Assembly (NCBI GenBank): GCA_951406725.2
Contig: OX597816.1
Coordinates: forward strand, 158,906,001 to 158,970,000
Length of the DNA stretch: 64,000 nucleotides
Source of the DNA: Octopus vulgaris
Taxonomy: Eukaryota
Direction of reading: 5' to 3'
This document shows positions 1-12,829 of the stretch, piece by piece; the first letter of the stretch is position 1; every line of letters starts with the position of its first letter. The position numbers and the translations under genes were made by a program. Below the pieces are notes generated by a model, which was not told where the DNA came from, searched no databases, and saw only the letters and a list, made by a program, of their open reading frames with translations.

Positions 1-325
1 GGCTCCTTCTGAAAGGTTGCTGGAATAATGCTACTTGATAGCTCAATAGGTGTGTAGCACAGAGATCAAGAAGTTAAGCCACTACTTCTCTGCATTGGGA
101 GGTCCAAACTCCATTACTACTGACAGGTGATTAAAATGTCTGAGGAATGAATTGTAGGATAGATTTCATGGACAGAGCTAACTTTGAGGAGACAGGATGA
201 TTGGATCATATCTACAGCCTTGAGATGTTTCAGACAGATATTTAGGATCCATCTAGAACATTTACTGATTGTTGCTTCTGGAGGCCATGTCTGAGAGCAG
301 TAGGCTTTGAAGATGAATGGATGGA
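1..325 (+). mobile_element. Decayed RTE-clade (Expander/Rex3-like) LINE 3' fragment
   Basis: Broken frames resemble the RTE ORF2 C-terminus (GFL..VAGI.L...STEI...PLLL.I.RS.L..Y..VI.M). Ends in an ATGGATGG-type tail and is homologous to the copy at 42160-42600. Confidence 0.65.
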
Positions 326-429
326 CCATATGGTATATTCTGTTATATATGATAAATTTATAAAAATCATTGTTTTAGTGATGTGATCTGATTTATGTTC
401 TAGAAAATTATTGCCAATATCTGCTGTAC

Positions 430-612
430 AGGTCACACTTCGACTGGCTAGAAATAGCAGTCAAATTCCTTAAAGTCACATACTGCTGTTATAAAACAGA
501 AAGTACATATTGGACAAAGTAGTGCTAGATACATAAAAAGATGAGATAGTTTCAGCTGGATTGATTTTGATCATAAATCTTATCTGTCAGAGATGACATA
601 GAACAAAATAAC
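430..612 (+). repeat. Family X old dispersed repeat copy
   Basis: Motifs gctagaaatagcagtcaaat...gtagtgctagatac...gctgga...tttgatcata recur at 7850, 18565-19165, 51410 and in several minus-strand copies. Confidence 0.6.
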
Positions 613-848
613 ATCTTTAAATCTGTCAGGTGATATTTAGTTTTTATAGATCAAGATCAAGATAAAGCGTTGGATCTTAACCTGGACAGTAACGCCCCCT
701 TGCGAATGTTGTGCGCACTTAAGGGAGCAATGGGTGTTTATAGTTGATCGTAATTTTTTCTTAGAAATAAAATATCCAAATTAGGAATAATATATATATT
801 TTCCATGCATTAAAAAAATCTTTGTTAGAATTAGAATATGAATATAGC

Positions 849-850
<2 letters not shown>

Positions 851-883
<33 letters not shown>

Positions 884-1345
884 TACCAACGCTGGATAAC
901 AAGTGTTGGTGTGTTTACGCCCCCGTAACTTAGCGCTTCAGTAAAGGAATATGATAGCTGGGATGAATTAATTCAACTAAGAATTCTTCAAGGTGGTGTC
1001 CCAGCATGGCCGCTGTCTAATAACTGAAACAGGCGTGGTTGTGAGTTTAGAATCTTTCTTCCCAACCACATGGCTTCGGGTTCAGTTCCACTGCGTGACA
1101 CCTTGGGCATGTGATTTTTATTATAGCCTCGAGCCGACCAAAGCCTTGTGAAAGGATTTGTGTGTTTGTGTGTGTGTCATCCACTACCGCTTGACTACGG
1201 GTTATAGTGTGCTTATGTCCCTGTAACTTAGCGATTCGCCATAAAACACCGACAGAATAAGTACCAGGCTTAAGAGAAAAATATAAGTCTTGGAGGATTC
1301 ATTCGTCTAAAAATTCTTCAAAATAGTGCCCCAGTAGAAGATCAA
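851..1345 (+). mobile_element. Two decayed family A SINE copies in tandem
   Basis: ggtgtgtttacg.ccccgtaacttagcg body and ccagcatggcc...ctgaaac tail, followed by a second copy with the tRNA-like head (gggttcagttccactgcg). Confidence 0.75.
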
Positions 1346-1967
1346 AAAAGAAAGCTAAGTACTCTACGAAAATATGTGCATGAAGAGATGTTTGTCAAAT
1401 GCAGTTCGATGAAAAGGAGTGCAGAACTACAACAGGTAGGGCAGTAAGTTGTTCCCCTTGGACCATATGCTTAGGAGGTGGGTAATTAGTATCTGATTTA
1501 TTTCCCCAAAGAAATATGGTATCTTTAACGTCTGTAATTATGTCACTTCACATCATATAAACAAAGGATTCAAAATATTTTTGTTTCTATAAGACACAAA
1601 TCATCAAGGGAAGCAATTCAATGTATCAGCATTTTTCAAAACAAATTTCAAGGGAGGTAACTTTTCATAAGTTATCTTCCCCTAAACAGAACTTTTTTTT
1701 TTTTTAGATATTTTCATTTTCTAAGACAGTTGTAATTTGGAGGAGATTTAACTGCTATTTCTGACAGGCCGAGCGACAAGTAGAACATTTCTTGATTGAA
1801 CTGAGCCTGCGAAAGCCACGGAACAGACTTTCCACAGACCAAAGTCTACGGAACACTGCTTGAAGTTGGCAAAGCAACTGAAAGAATTCATACTTTTTCT
1901 TGACGTCGATAATAAACCAGGCTGATCACAATTTAGTTTTTACTTCTTGGTCCAAGTCCCATAAAGC

Positions 1968-2680
1968 CAGGGCCAGATTAACGACAATAGAAGGCCCTAA
2001 GCACTTAAAAAGAATTTGGTGCTCCCTTATATGTGTAATTCAAGATATAAACAATAATAAACCATAAAATATAATTTTATTTTTCAAAATGAAACAAAAC
2101 AGAAAGATGGAAAATGTTTATTTTTGTATACTTCCACTTTATATTTACTCTCCCTCTTTTACTCTTTTACTTGTTTCAGTCATTTGACTGCGGGCATGCT
2201 GGAGCACCGCCTTTAGTCAAGCAAATCGACCCCAGGACTTATTCTTTGGAAGCCTAGTAATTATTCTATCGGTCACTTTTGTCGAACTGCTAAGTTACGG
2301 GGACGTAAACACACCAGCATCGGTTGTCAAGCGATGTTGACGGGACAAACACACACACACACACGACAAGCTTCTTTCAATTTCCGTCTACCAAATCCAC
2401 TTACAAGGTCGGTTCGAGGCTATAGCAGAAGACACTTGTCCAATTTTCTACTATTTTATAATTGCAAAGTCTTTGATCAGATCCTCACTTTGACACTATG
2501 AACTATGAACAATTTGACACTATGAACAATTTGAAATTATATTTCCGATCATACAAACCACTTCGAAAAATCATTTTAGCAAGTTTTATAGTGATTTCTT
2601 CTGTACCGTAAACCACTTACAACTTCTTTGGTGTCGCCCCACCACCTTCCTTCCCTTGATGCCCTAAGCATGTGCTTGTA
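1968..2680. mobile_element. Partial hAT-like non-autonomous DNA transposon interrupted by a family A SINE
   Basis: Starts CAGGGCCAGATTAA; gccctaagca occurs near both ends; right TIR not intact. Confidence 0.4.
2143..2442 (-). mobile_element. Family A SINE
   Basis: Reverse complement of the family A body and tail (ttttacttgtttcagtcatttgactgc...ctggagcaccgcc). Confidence 0.85.
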
Positions 2681-3109
2681 ACAGTGTAGATTCAGCTAAA
2701 AACATCCAAAATGTCAAGTAGTGGTTTTAAACCGGACAACGTATTAAGTTTATACCCATAAGACGTGAGTCTCATTGGAACTTCTTTGATAATTGGCGTT
2801 GCATAGAACTCGCTACTTATCGATGTATCAAACGATTATTGTGTTAATTTATTCATTATATTCCTCGTCTGGCACCCTGAGAGACCACTTGTACTTCTTC
2901 CTGGAAATTCTATCGGGATGTCTAGTTATTTTGTTTTTGATGTTAAAGAATTTGAATACTCCCTCCTTCTATTTATTTATTTACTTATTTATTTATTTAT
3001 TTTTACAAACGAGAGAAAGATGACTCAATAGATATTGCAGAACATAATTATTTATGCACGAAGGGATGCGAAGTGTGAGGAAACTCTGAGTGCCGACGGC
3101 GTGTCATGC

Positions 3110-3198
3110 GTGTATGTATGTATGTATGTGTGTATGTATGTATGTATGTATGAATGTATGTATGTATGTATATGTTTGTATATGTATGTATGTATATA

Positions 3199-3229
<31 letters not shown>

Positions 3230-3392
3230 ATGCATGCATGTATGTGTATATGTATTTATGTATGTATGCATGCATGTATATATGTATGTATGTATGTGTG
3301 TGTGTATGTATGTATGTATGTATGTATGTATGTATGAATGTATGTATGTATGTATGTATATGTTTGTATATGTATGTATGTATATGTATGTA

Positions 3393-3438
<46 letters not shown>

Positions 3439-3482
3439 CATGCATGTATGTGTATATGTATTTATGTATGTATGCATGCATG

Positions 3483-3518
<36 letters not shown>

Positions 3519-3544
3519 TGTATGTATGTATGCATGCATGTACG

Positions 3545-3578
<34 letters not shown>

Positions 3579-3618
3579 TGTATGTATGTATGTGTGTGTG
3601 TATGTATGTATGTATGTA
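3110..3618. repeat. Compound (ATGT)n/(TG)n microsatellite with internal higher-order duplication
   Basis: Directly visible; the interruption pattern gaatg..gtttg..gcatgcatg..atttatg occurs twice. Confidence 0.95.
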
Positions 3619-3763
3619 TAATAAAAATTCTTGAATCGGAGATCAAAGGGAACCAGAAATCCAAAGAGGGCTGCATACCCGTTAAAGAAAGATAAATGTA
3701 GAGCAAATAGTTGTATTCTACAGTTTTAATGTAAAATATTCAATTTGTAAACTACAGCTATGT

Positions 3764-3842
<79 letters not shown>

Positions 3843-4256
3843 TATAGGAAGCTCTTCATGTTCAACGCTTCACTTTTGTTTAGCAACTATCAACAAATAT
3901 CTGTTTTGTAGCCGCAGAAAAATTTTCTTGAAATTGCGACGTTGTGCAATGACAAATTTGTCTGCCACGAGATGTTATGGATGAGAATGAGAATTATTAT
4001 CATTTGAGGGATAGTTGATTATTTTTGTATTTGGACTCCTTACAAAAAGAAAAGGCAACAGAGCCTCTTATGCGGTTGCGCTAGATATCACAGTTAGATT
4101 TCCCACTTAACTCACTCTCCGACCTTAAAGAAGAATATATGGTACCATTGAGATATAGTTCAGTTCCTAAATGCTCCAAAAATATACTATATTAAAACTG
4201 ACCACAGTACATCATCATAAAAATAACATTCTTTCGTGCCGTCTAAGCAAACTCAA

Positions 4257-4560
4257 GTGGAGGCGCAATGGCCCAGTGGTTAGGACAGCGAACTCGCGGT
4301 CGGAGGATCGCGGTTTCGATTCCCAGACCGGGCGTTGTGTGTGTTTATTGAGCAAAAACACCTAAAGCTCTGGCAGGAGGTGGTGGCAACCCCTGTTGTA
4401 CTCTTTCGCCCCAACTTTCTCTCAATCTTTCTTCCTGTTTCTTGAGTAATGCTGCAATGAACTGGCGTCCCATCTAGCTGGGGTGAACACATACGCCAAA
4501 GAAACCGAGAAACCGGGCCCATGAGCCTGGCTAGGCTTGAAAAGGGCGCATAAAAAAAAA
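4257..4560 (+). mobile_element. Family C tRNA-derived SINE (octopus OR-like), full length with TSD
   Basis: Pol III A box (tggcccagtggtt) and B box (ggtttcgattcc), a V-SINE-like segment (ctggcgtcccatc...gaaaccg), poly(A), and TSD caaactcaa at 4248-4256 and 4561-4569. Confidence 0.85.
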
Positions 4561-4729
4561 CAAACTCAAAGAAGTTATATAAAGTGAGTGGCACGTTAAT
4601 CCCTAATAGCATTGTTAATAAATTTGATAAGATCTCTTTTCGCAAAGAGTTTCAATATCTTTTACTGACCTGACCGCCTGTCCTTATTAGCTGAGTAGTC
4701 GTTGTTGTTATTGTTAGCTGACCTGTTAC

Positions 4730-4878
4730 CAGGGTCATCCCTAGGGTTGTTGGCGCCCTGGGCAAGCTGAACTTCGACGTGTGCAAACTGACGGTTGTGG
4801 AAATTTCCTTGTCTTTGCCACGCCCTCCTTGGCGCCCCGGGCGACTGCCCGAGTTGCCGGTATCTTGATCCGGCCCTG
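4730..4878. mobile_element. hAT-type MITE (149 bp)
   Basis: Termini CAGGGTC...GGCCCTG and a perfect 8-bp TSD cctgttac (4722-4729, 4879-4886). Confidence 0.85.
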
Positions 4879-4886
4879 CCTGTTAC

Positions 4887-5038
4887 CACGTCGAGCAAAA
4901 TACTAAGCGGTACTTCATGCGTTTTTACGTTCTGAGTTCAAATGCCGTCGAGGTAAACTTTGCCTTTCATCCTTTCGGGGTCGATAAAATAAGTACCAGT
5001 TGACTTGCCCGCCTTGTGCCAAATTTGAAACCATTATA
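4887..5038 (+). mobile_element. Family B SINE, 5'-truncated
   Basis: gttctgagttcaaat...gcctttcatcctttcggggtcgataaaataagtaccag; 14-bp TSD gttagctgacctgt at 4713-4726 and 5039-5052. Confidence 0.8.
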
Positions 5039-5454
5039 GTTAGCTGACCTGTACAGCTATCATTGTGTATAACCAAGATAAAATTTTAACGTTATTTTTA
5101 TGGACTATGCCTCGACCAAAATGGATTCTTAAAATTATAATTTTAAATTTTCGAATTAATACTTACATTTATGATAATACATTTGTTGGTTTGAAAATTT
5201 TAAATTGAAAGTATTTCATGTAGATTTTTACTACAAATGATGTATTGTCAACTTAGTTCTAAAACTTTGCATCAACGTTATGCGATAATTTGAGACTAAT
5301 GGAATAATCATTTGAAAAGGCTGAATGTTGAGAGAGAGAGAATCGCAGTGTCGTCTGTTGAGTCAAGGGTCCAAGTTTATTATTTCATCACCAGGAAAGG
5401 CTACAATAATTGGAAGCAAAAGGAACAGTGTACAATTCACAATGGTTTCTGTTA

Positions 5455-6080
5455 GTTTGTCGTGTTATGCTTGGACCACATTATGAACGAGCGGGTTCAA
5501 GAAGCCATCCAGCACCAGACTGGTCTTCATAAAAATCTTCTCACAACAGTTCAGAAAGGAAAACTGAGATGGTATGGCCATATAACAAGATCCACTGAGC
5601 TTATAAAAACCATTCTTCAAGGGATCACCATAGGTGGAAGCGCGTGGTTTAGTGGTTAGGGTGTTGAACTAATGATCGTAAGGTTGTGGTTTCGATTCCT
5701 GGACTGGACGATGCGTTGTGTTCTTGAGCAAAACACTTCATTTTTACGTTGCTCCAGTCCACTCAGCTGTCAAAAATGAGTAATCCTGCGACGGACCGGC
5801 GTCCCGTCCAAGTGGGGAATTTCTACGCCACTGAAACCGGGAAACCAGCCATTATGAGCCTGGCATGGCTCGAGAAGGAACATTTATTTATTTTTTTTAA
5901 GGGACCATAGAGGGGAAAAGAAGGAGAAATTGATAGCAGAAAAAATGGACAAACAATGTCAAGGAATAGATAAATAAATTGTTAGCGGAGATCCGAGCTC
6001 TGACACAAAGAGAAGAAACAGATCTACAGTATATCACGACAGTACCCCAACGACTGCATCACTCGTTGAAAGGGAAAGAC
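5455..6080 (+). mobile_element. RTE (BovB-like) LINE 3' fragment split by a family C SINE
   Basis: Translation LDHIMNERV...LLTTVQKGKLRWYGHITRS...KTILQG | TIEGKRRR...W..NVKE matches the RTE C-terminus and resumes after the SINE. Confidence 0.8.
5634..5898 (+). mobile_element. Family C SINE inserted in RTE fragment
   Basis: tRNA-like head, CORE-like ttgagcaaaacacttcat..gttgctccagtccactcagctg, V-like segment; imperfect TSD aagggatcaccatag / aagggaccatag. Confidence 0.85.
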
Positions 6081-6596
6081 AAGCAGTGTTTGCCGTGAGT
6101 GATGAGTCTGTAACTGGATGACTGTACAATATATGAAGTAATAAAGAAGTATTCCTGCTTTACAACAAACCATTGTGTTCATATACTCGCTTATTTATTG
6201 ATAGATTCAACAAAATATTAACAACGATACAGAACTTTAGTATATAACTTTCCTTTCAGTGAGATGCTTTGTGTAAAAATATGTGAGATGGTAAAATCAT
6301 AGCGTGTCGGACAAAAGGCTTACAGGCATTTCTTCTGGTTCTTTACTTTCGGAGTTCAAATACGACCGAGATCAACTTTATCTTTTATCTTTTCAGAGTC
6401 GATAAAATAAAGTACTTGTGAAGAACTGGAATTGATTAACATCTCCCTTGTGTTAAAATTTGAAACGATTATTATTTTAGTTTTCGGAGTAATTAAAAAG
6501 AAATTTTGGTTTCACTGGAATGCAAACTCAAACATTAAGAGCAAAATAAAATATTAAGAAATGAGTCATTAGAGCCATCATTATTTTTATCCTCAT

Positions 6597-7217
6597 ATAA
6601 GGCGGCAAGCTGGCAGAATTGTTAGCACACCGGGCGAAATGCTTAGCGGTATTTCGTCTGCCGCTACGTTCTGAGTTCAAATCCCGCCGAGGTCGACTTT
6701 GCCGTTCATCCTTTCGGGGTCGATTAAATAAGTGCCAGTTACGCACTGTGGTCGATATAATCGACTTAATCCGTTTATCTGTCATTGTTTGTCCCCAATG
6801 TGTTTAGCCCCTTGTGAGTAGTAAAGAAATAGGTATTTCGTCTGTCCTTAGGTTCAGAGTTCAAATTCTGCCGAGTTCGACTTTGCCTTTCATCCTTTCA
6901 TGTGTACCAGTTGCGTACTGGGATCGATCTAATCGACTGGCCCCCTCCACCAAAATTTCGAGCCTTGTTCCTGGAGTATAAAAGATTATTTTTATCTTCA
7001 TATAAGGCGACGAGCAGGCAGAATCGTTAGCACGCCGGACGAAATGCTTGGCAGTATTTCGTCTGCCGCTACGTTCTGAGTTCAAACTCCGCCGAAGTCG
7101 ACTTTGCCTTTCACCCTTTTGGGGGTCAATAAATTAAGTACCAGTGAAATACTGGAGTCAATGTAATCGACTAGTCTCCTGCCCCAAATTTCAGGCCTTC
7201 TAGCCTTAGTAGAACGG
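6597..7217 (+). mobile_element. Two head-to-tail family B SINEs
   Basis: aaggcggc.agctggcagaa heads at about 6599 and 7004; attatttttatc(c/t)tcat is present at 6580, 6985 and 7218. Confidence 0.9.
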
Positions 7218-9149
7218 ATTATTTTTATCCTCATGTCACCCCACCGATAAGACATATAACCAAAGATGTTCCATTGTTCAACGTGTTACGTGTCTTTCAA
7301 ACGGAAAAGGGACAAGGTATAATTTGAGGAAGATTTAGCTGCTGTTTTTAACAGCTCGAACGACTACGTGGAACAGTGTTCCTAATAGTGAGGGCGGCTA
7401 GACAAACTGCCATGTGTAATAAAATTTAAGATCGTTTTAAGAATATTAAGCTTGTCTAATACCTTAAGCAAAGAAAGAAGAATTATAAGCGATGCAAGCA
7501 CTATTTTGCATTGTTAATAAAAAAAACTGGGAGACGTTATCCAAAATTTGCACTAACATTTGGAGGGAGGAGTGGGCAAAAAAATTCCCTAATGTTTTTG
7601 ATGAGGGTGTCTTTAAATTTGTGGCTGGATAGCGGGGTGGTATTTACCAGTTTAAGAACCATTGTTAGAGAAACTCTCTGGTTGCTTTAGCTTATATACT
7701 TGTTTGAAATTTTTAAAGAGAAAAAGGAAATTGTAGAAAGTTAACGGAAGTGGGGTATTTGTAGAGTAAATGGAACGAATTAAAACGGATAATGTAGGAC
7801 TTACTTCTATTTCACAATGTAAGAAATATGTTGCCAACCAACCAAAGACTGTGTCTACACGTGGACGCTCGACCTGTTAAAAGTAGCTTGCAAATTTCCC
7901 TCAAGTTATACCCTATCATCCGTTTTGAATAAAGGAAACACTGGATAATGAAGTCCCTGATATACGAAAATGGGATGAACACGTTTGGAATGCTTTTTTG
8001 TCCATAGGTCTGGTTTGTTGTGTGTGTGTGTGTGGGGGGGGGGCGCTAAATGGGTAAATAGCAACAATCATCGTTAATAATTCAAGGCAATGAGAGTGCG
8101 CCCTTTTGGTCGTCACGCCTGCTAAATATATCAGTTAAATCACATCTTAAAAAGGGGATAGATAATGTAACCCTACACAGTTTCTAAGAGAAATTTCGCA
8201 AGATAGGACAAGACTGTTTTCGGGTCCCAACAGCAGGGGGTTCATCTCAAAGTTCAAAGGAACAAGTTGTTTTTTTTCTGTGTTAAAGAGGACCCCATCA
8301 ATATTCATAGGCCTCTCTTTCGGATCAACGTACCGGCTGAGCTTGCTCTTATAGGCTCTGGTTCAAGAAATGCCTGAAATTAAATAAAAAGCATGAATAT
8401 TATGGTTTCGATCACGGTTGATCAGGGATTAAACTACAATACCATCAACCATGTGACTTGACTTGTACTGTCCAGGGGGATAAAAGGCAACGTTGACATC
8501 AACAGGATTTGAATTTAGGACATAAAGATTCAGAATAAATACTGTAAAGCATTTAGTTCGACGCTCTAACGATTCAATCAGCTCGCAACTATAACAACAA
8601 CAGCTGATAATTTTACAATACTTTTATAAAGTCTCCAAGTTTATATTTGAATACAAAATGATAATACTTACAACTAGTGGGAAATAACCTTCATTTCATT
8701 TCATTTCATTTCATTTCATTCCATTTCATCTGGGGTTATCGTCTGCTGATATTACGAGACGTTGCGCATTTTATGATGGCGACATTCGACGTGTGACAGT
8801 TGTTAACGTGCCTTACGACATCAGACGCTGAGGTTTCATTAACACAGCGACTGAGGTATAGGGCAAATAACCAACCTTAAAACAATATAAGTTTCTCGTT
8901 CTTCTTTCAAAATATCACTTGCAACATCTTTTCCAAGTGATAGTTCCTGTACAACAGTACCATAACCTCCGAACCTGTTTCAACTGATGTTATAAAAAGA
9001 AATAAACCTAATACATCTCCTCAAGTTAATTATTTCAATGGTATTTGTCCCGGAATTTGCTTTATCTTGGATGATGGAACCAAAAATTATAAATCAAGTA
9101 TAAGATATATCGACAGATTAACCACAATGTTGCTTACTCTTTAACTTAC

Positions 9150-9235
9150 CTTTTGATATCGACACAATTCAGTCTTTCTTTCGATTCAATCGCTTAATTA
9201 AGTAGAACGTATCCGCGCGCGAGTGTGACTTTAGT
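9150..9235 (-). other. Candidate non-coding 5' exon (donor AAG|GTAAGT)
   Basis: Consensus donor at 9150/9149 in non-repeat sequence containing CGCGCGCG. Exon 5' boundary unknown. Confidence 0.35.
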
Positions 9236-9799
9236 TTCCAAGTTAGCTTTATCCATCTATGACAAAAATATTCCAACCAAAACCATTGCCTCTTAGTTTC
9301 AATGTAGCACAACGTTATCTATCGTGGGTTTATGTTAAATTATATTGTGTAACTTGGGGGCTATTTAGATTCTAGAAAGACTGTGTAGCTGTTCCCTCAT
9401 TCATGGTAGGAAGTGATTTGGTTACTTTTTCTAGCAGGTCGAATGACCACGAAGAGATTTCCTTGTTGGTTCATGGACATGTTGATCATATCAAGCTGCG
9501 GATAAGCCACTACATCTGGCCCCTGAAAACGAGAAAAATATGGCAGGTTACCTTAGTTTCAGCATCCAGGGTAGCTTCTCTCCAGAAGTGACTTTTATGT
9601 CGTATGTAGCTTTGGATTTACAAAAGAGAGAAAAAAACATACATGTAGAGCAGAATCTACACATTGATCTTACCCGCTGACATTTGTACAGATTGGTCCA
9701 CTAATCGCTTTAATATCTTTAAAAGCACAACACATTCTGTCCTAATGTCTTCACTCATTTCTTTGTTCCCATTACATATTTCTATATTTGAGTTCATAA

Positions 9800-10345
9800 G
9801 TGAAGGCACGTGGCCTAATGGTTAGTGTACTCGGATGACAATCATAAGGTCCTAGTTTCTATTCATGAACCAGAAAACACATTGTGTCTTTGAGTAAAAT
9901 TCGGATCTTTTCGGTTTGAACGGCAGTTTTTTCTAGCGGTGTCATGAAATGGTCACCCATAATTATGACCCTAGTATCGATCTATTGCATTTCAATCTAT
10001 TTTAGGATTAGGGGTGGGGGGAAGGGTATCTTTTTTTCTTCACAAATGTAAATAAACCCAATCTGTTTCTTAAACGAGGGACATATTCATACGGCACAGA
10101 ATGGTTTTTTTTTTTACCTCAAATACGTCAGTGATTGGTTGAAATTGCAGAAATTGAAGAAAAAAACAACAAATATCTTACAAACTATAGAATTATCTCA
10201 ATAAAGCCAAGAGAAAAAGATTCTACCAGTATACGAAGTTTAAAAGTGTTTAATTACCTAGAAATTATGTTAAAAACTGCCGTTCAAACCGAAAAGATCC
10301 CAAAGTTCTTCATTTCACGTTGCTCCAGTCCTCTCAACCATAATG
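9800..10345 (+). mobile_element. Old family C SINE interrupted by a MITE
   Basis: Head gtgaaggcacgtggcctaatggttag; the body resumes after the MITE with ttcatttcacgttgctccagtcc. Confidence 0.75.
9903..10300. mobile_element. MITE with perfect 29-bp TIRs (possibly Merlin/IS1016-type)
   Basis: GGATCTTTTCGGTTTGAACGGCAGTTTTT at 9903-9931 and its reverse complement at 10272-10300; degenerate 8-bp TSD taaaattc/caaagttc. Confidence 0.9.
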
Positions 10346-10486
10346 AGTACCAACCGGCTGCTAGCACAGCTCCCACCCGCCTCTCTCTTTCTCTCCTTCC
10401 AATTTCCACATTGTTAATGTTTTGTTGAATGAAGAGAGATGGGGTGACACGAGAAGATGTCTATGTATGCTGGAGATAACATAGGT

Positions 10487-10619
10487 ACTTTGCCTTTCAT
10501 CCTTTCGGGGTCGATAAATTAAGTACCAGTTACGCACTGGGGTCGATGTAATCGACTTAATACCTATGTCTGTCCTTGTTTGTCCCCTCTGTGTTTAGCC
10601 CCTTGTGGGTAATAAAGAA
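10487..10619 (+). mobile_element. Family B SINE, 5'-truncated
   Basis: High-identity 3' half; ataggta flanks both sides. Confidence 0.85.
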
Positions 10620-11914
10620 ATAGGTATCACAAAATTCTGAGCGAAGGCATGGTGCATACTACTTACCAAGCGATAGTCGCTCGCGAATGACTGCTACCTG
10701 TGTTTGCAGTTCAAAGATACAAATATGAGACCAGAGAGCGAATGTTTACTGTGTAGTGTTTGATCGTCGCTCTTCTTCATTTCTGAAGCGATTCAGTGGG
10801 TGTCCAGTCCCCAAGACAGCCCTGATCAAGAAGACCAATGATCAAAGAAGTTCCCACCGTGATCATCTCGCCTTATTGGAATAAATTTAACCTGTTGTTA
10901 GGTTTAATACCACTACTTGACTTATGGGTGTCTTTAGCTGAATCTACTCTGTTGTAAGCATTCACCAGATCTTTCAACCAATCTCGGAGGCCAGACGAAG
11001 CCATAAAAAAATTTGATCCCTATTTAAAAAATACAATATTTTTAAGGGCGATTTGGCTGTCATTTCTAGCAAGGTGAACCGCCACACAGAAGGTTCTTCA
11101 TTGGTTCGTAAATGTTTCAGTTGAATAAATAAATGAATTAAATAGGTCGTAATACAGACTAAGATGTCTGTGTTTAACATAAATATACTTCTCCGCAATA
11201 TTCTCGTTTCAAAGAATTTGGTAACTTCTCTGTTATACCTGGCTGTTAACTAAGGGAGGTTTCCTCGGGAAAAAAAGGGCGATGATTTGGCGGAGCAACA
11301 TACTTTTGGTTTGGTGACTAGGAAATACGTTTGTTCTGAAACGACAAAACACAATGCAATCAATAGTCACAACTATACATAAACAGGTGTTTAGTACGTC
11401 ACTATACATAAAGCACACACAGATATACATGCACGCGCGCGCGCGCAAAGAAATAGACACACAGATGATGAATTACATACAGATATACATACATGGGTAC
11501 GGAAATGTGAAACATTACGAAGTAGTTGTGTTTACAAAATGTAGTCTGATTGTTTGGTGTCTCGTATTTCTGAGTTCAAATCTGGTTCAAGTTGAACATC
11601 TTTCATCTCTGAGGGTCGATAAGACAGTTTCTGTTTAAACGGGAGGATGAGTATTAACTCGTTCTCAAGCCTTACGAAATTGTGCCAGGTTGAAAGGGAA
11701 ATCGCAAATATATATGTACCTGTATTTTACGTGGGTAAATCAGAGAGAAAGAGAAAGAACGAGTGAGTGAGAAAGAAAGCCAAAGAAAGAACTAGAGAAA
11801 AGAAGAAAATAAGAGAAAGAGAGAGAGAGAGGGCAAAAGAATCGAATGTAGGAAGGAAGGAATAAGAAAGCGGAAGCGAGCGTGTGTAATTCGGTTGGGC
11901 TTAGGTGTAAACAT

Positions 11915-11962
<48 letters not shown>

Positions 11963-11998
11963 CAGACTAGGGTGGCTGAGGCTTAAGTGTGGAGGCGA

Positions 11999-12054
<56 letters not shown>

Positions 12055-12273
12055 ATAAGGCAGTGAGAACAGTTACAGATGACTAGTATTTCTTCACTGA
12101 CCGTGACTCATTAGATCAAGCCTGAGTTAGTCAGTGGCACGTGCTGTTGTGATAAACCCTTCCTTCCTTCATATTTTACTGACAACTCAACAGTTAGATA
12201 TCTGTTGGTAACGCAAAGAGAGAGAGAGAGAGAGAGAGAGGAAAAGGAGGAGCAGGAAGAAGAGGGGACTTAC

Positions 12274-12309
12274 GGTGTATTTTTTTTTGGCTGTTGTTAT
12301 TTTATGCAT
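12274..12309 (-). CDS. Candidate short first coding exon MHKITTAKKKYT (phase-0 intron)
   Basis: A-rich context aaaaatATG, 12 open codons, donor ACC|GTAAGT, unique sequence between GA and TA/TG tracts. No homology recognised. Confidence 0.3.
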
Positions 12310-12567
12310 ATTTTTGTTTGTGATTTTTCCTTCTTCTTACTTTGATTGTACTCTTTCACTCAGTTGACAACTCCTAAACAGCAGTTTTATTACTCATGTA
12401 CACATATCAGCACGCTCACACACATCTCACACATTATATAATCGACATTATATACACTCTCTTATATAACTGACATTATTATACATATTTACATAACTGA
12501 CATATTATAAACACTTTTATAGACATGTTGCGCACACCACGCTCACACATAAGAGACATACTGACAC

Positions 12568-12829
<262 letters not shown>

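Noticed and set aside
4257-4335. tRNA-like sequences (also 5634, 27806, 44110, 48908)
   Set aside because: Heads of tRNA-derived SINEs continuing into SINE bodies; no proper acceptor stem or terminator.
10667-10782. Possible 116-nt minus-strand internal exon (cttcag acceptor, TTG|GTAAGT donor)
   Set aside because: Stops in all three frames and weak polypyrimidine tract; unsupported without RNA data.
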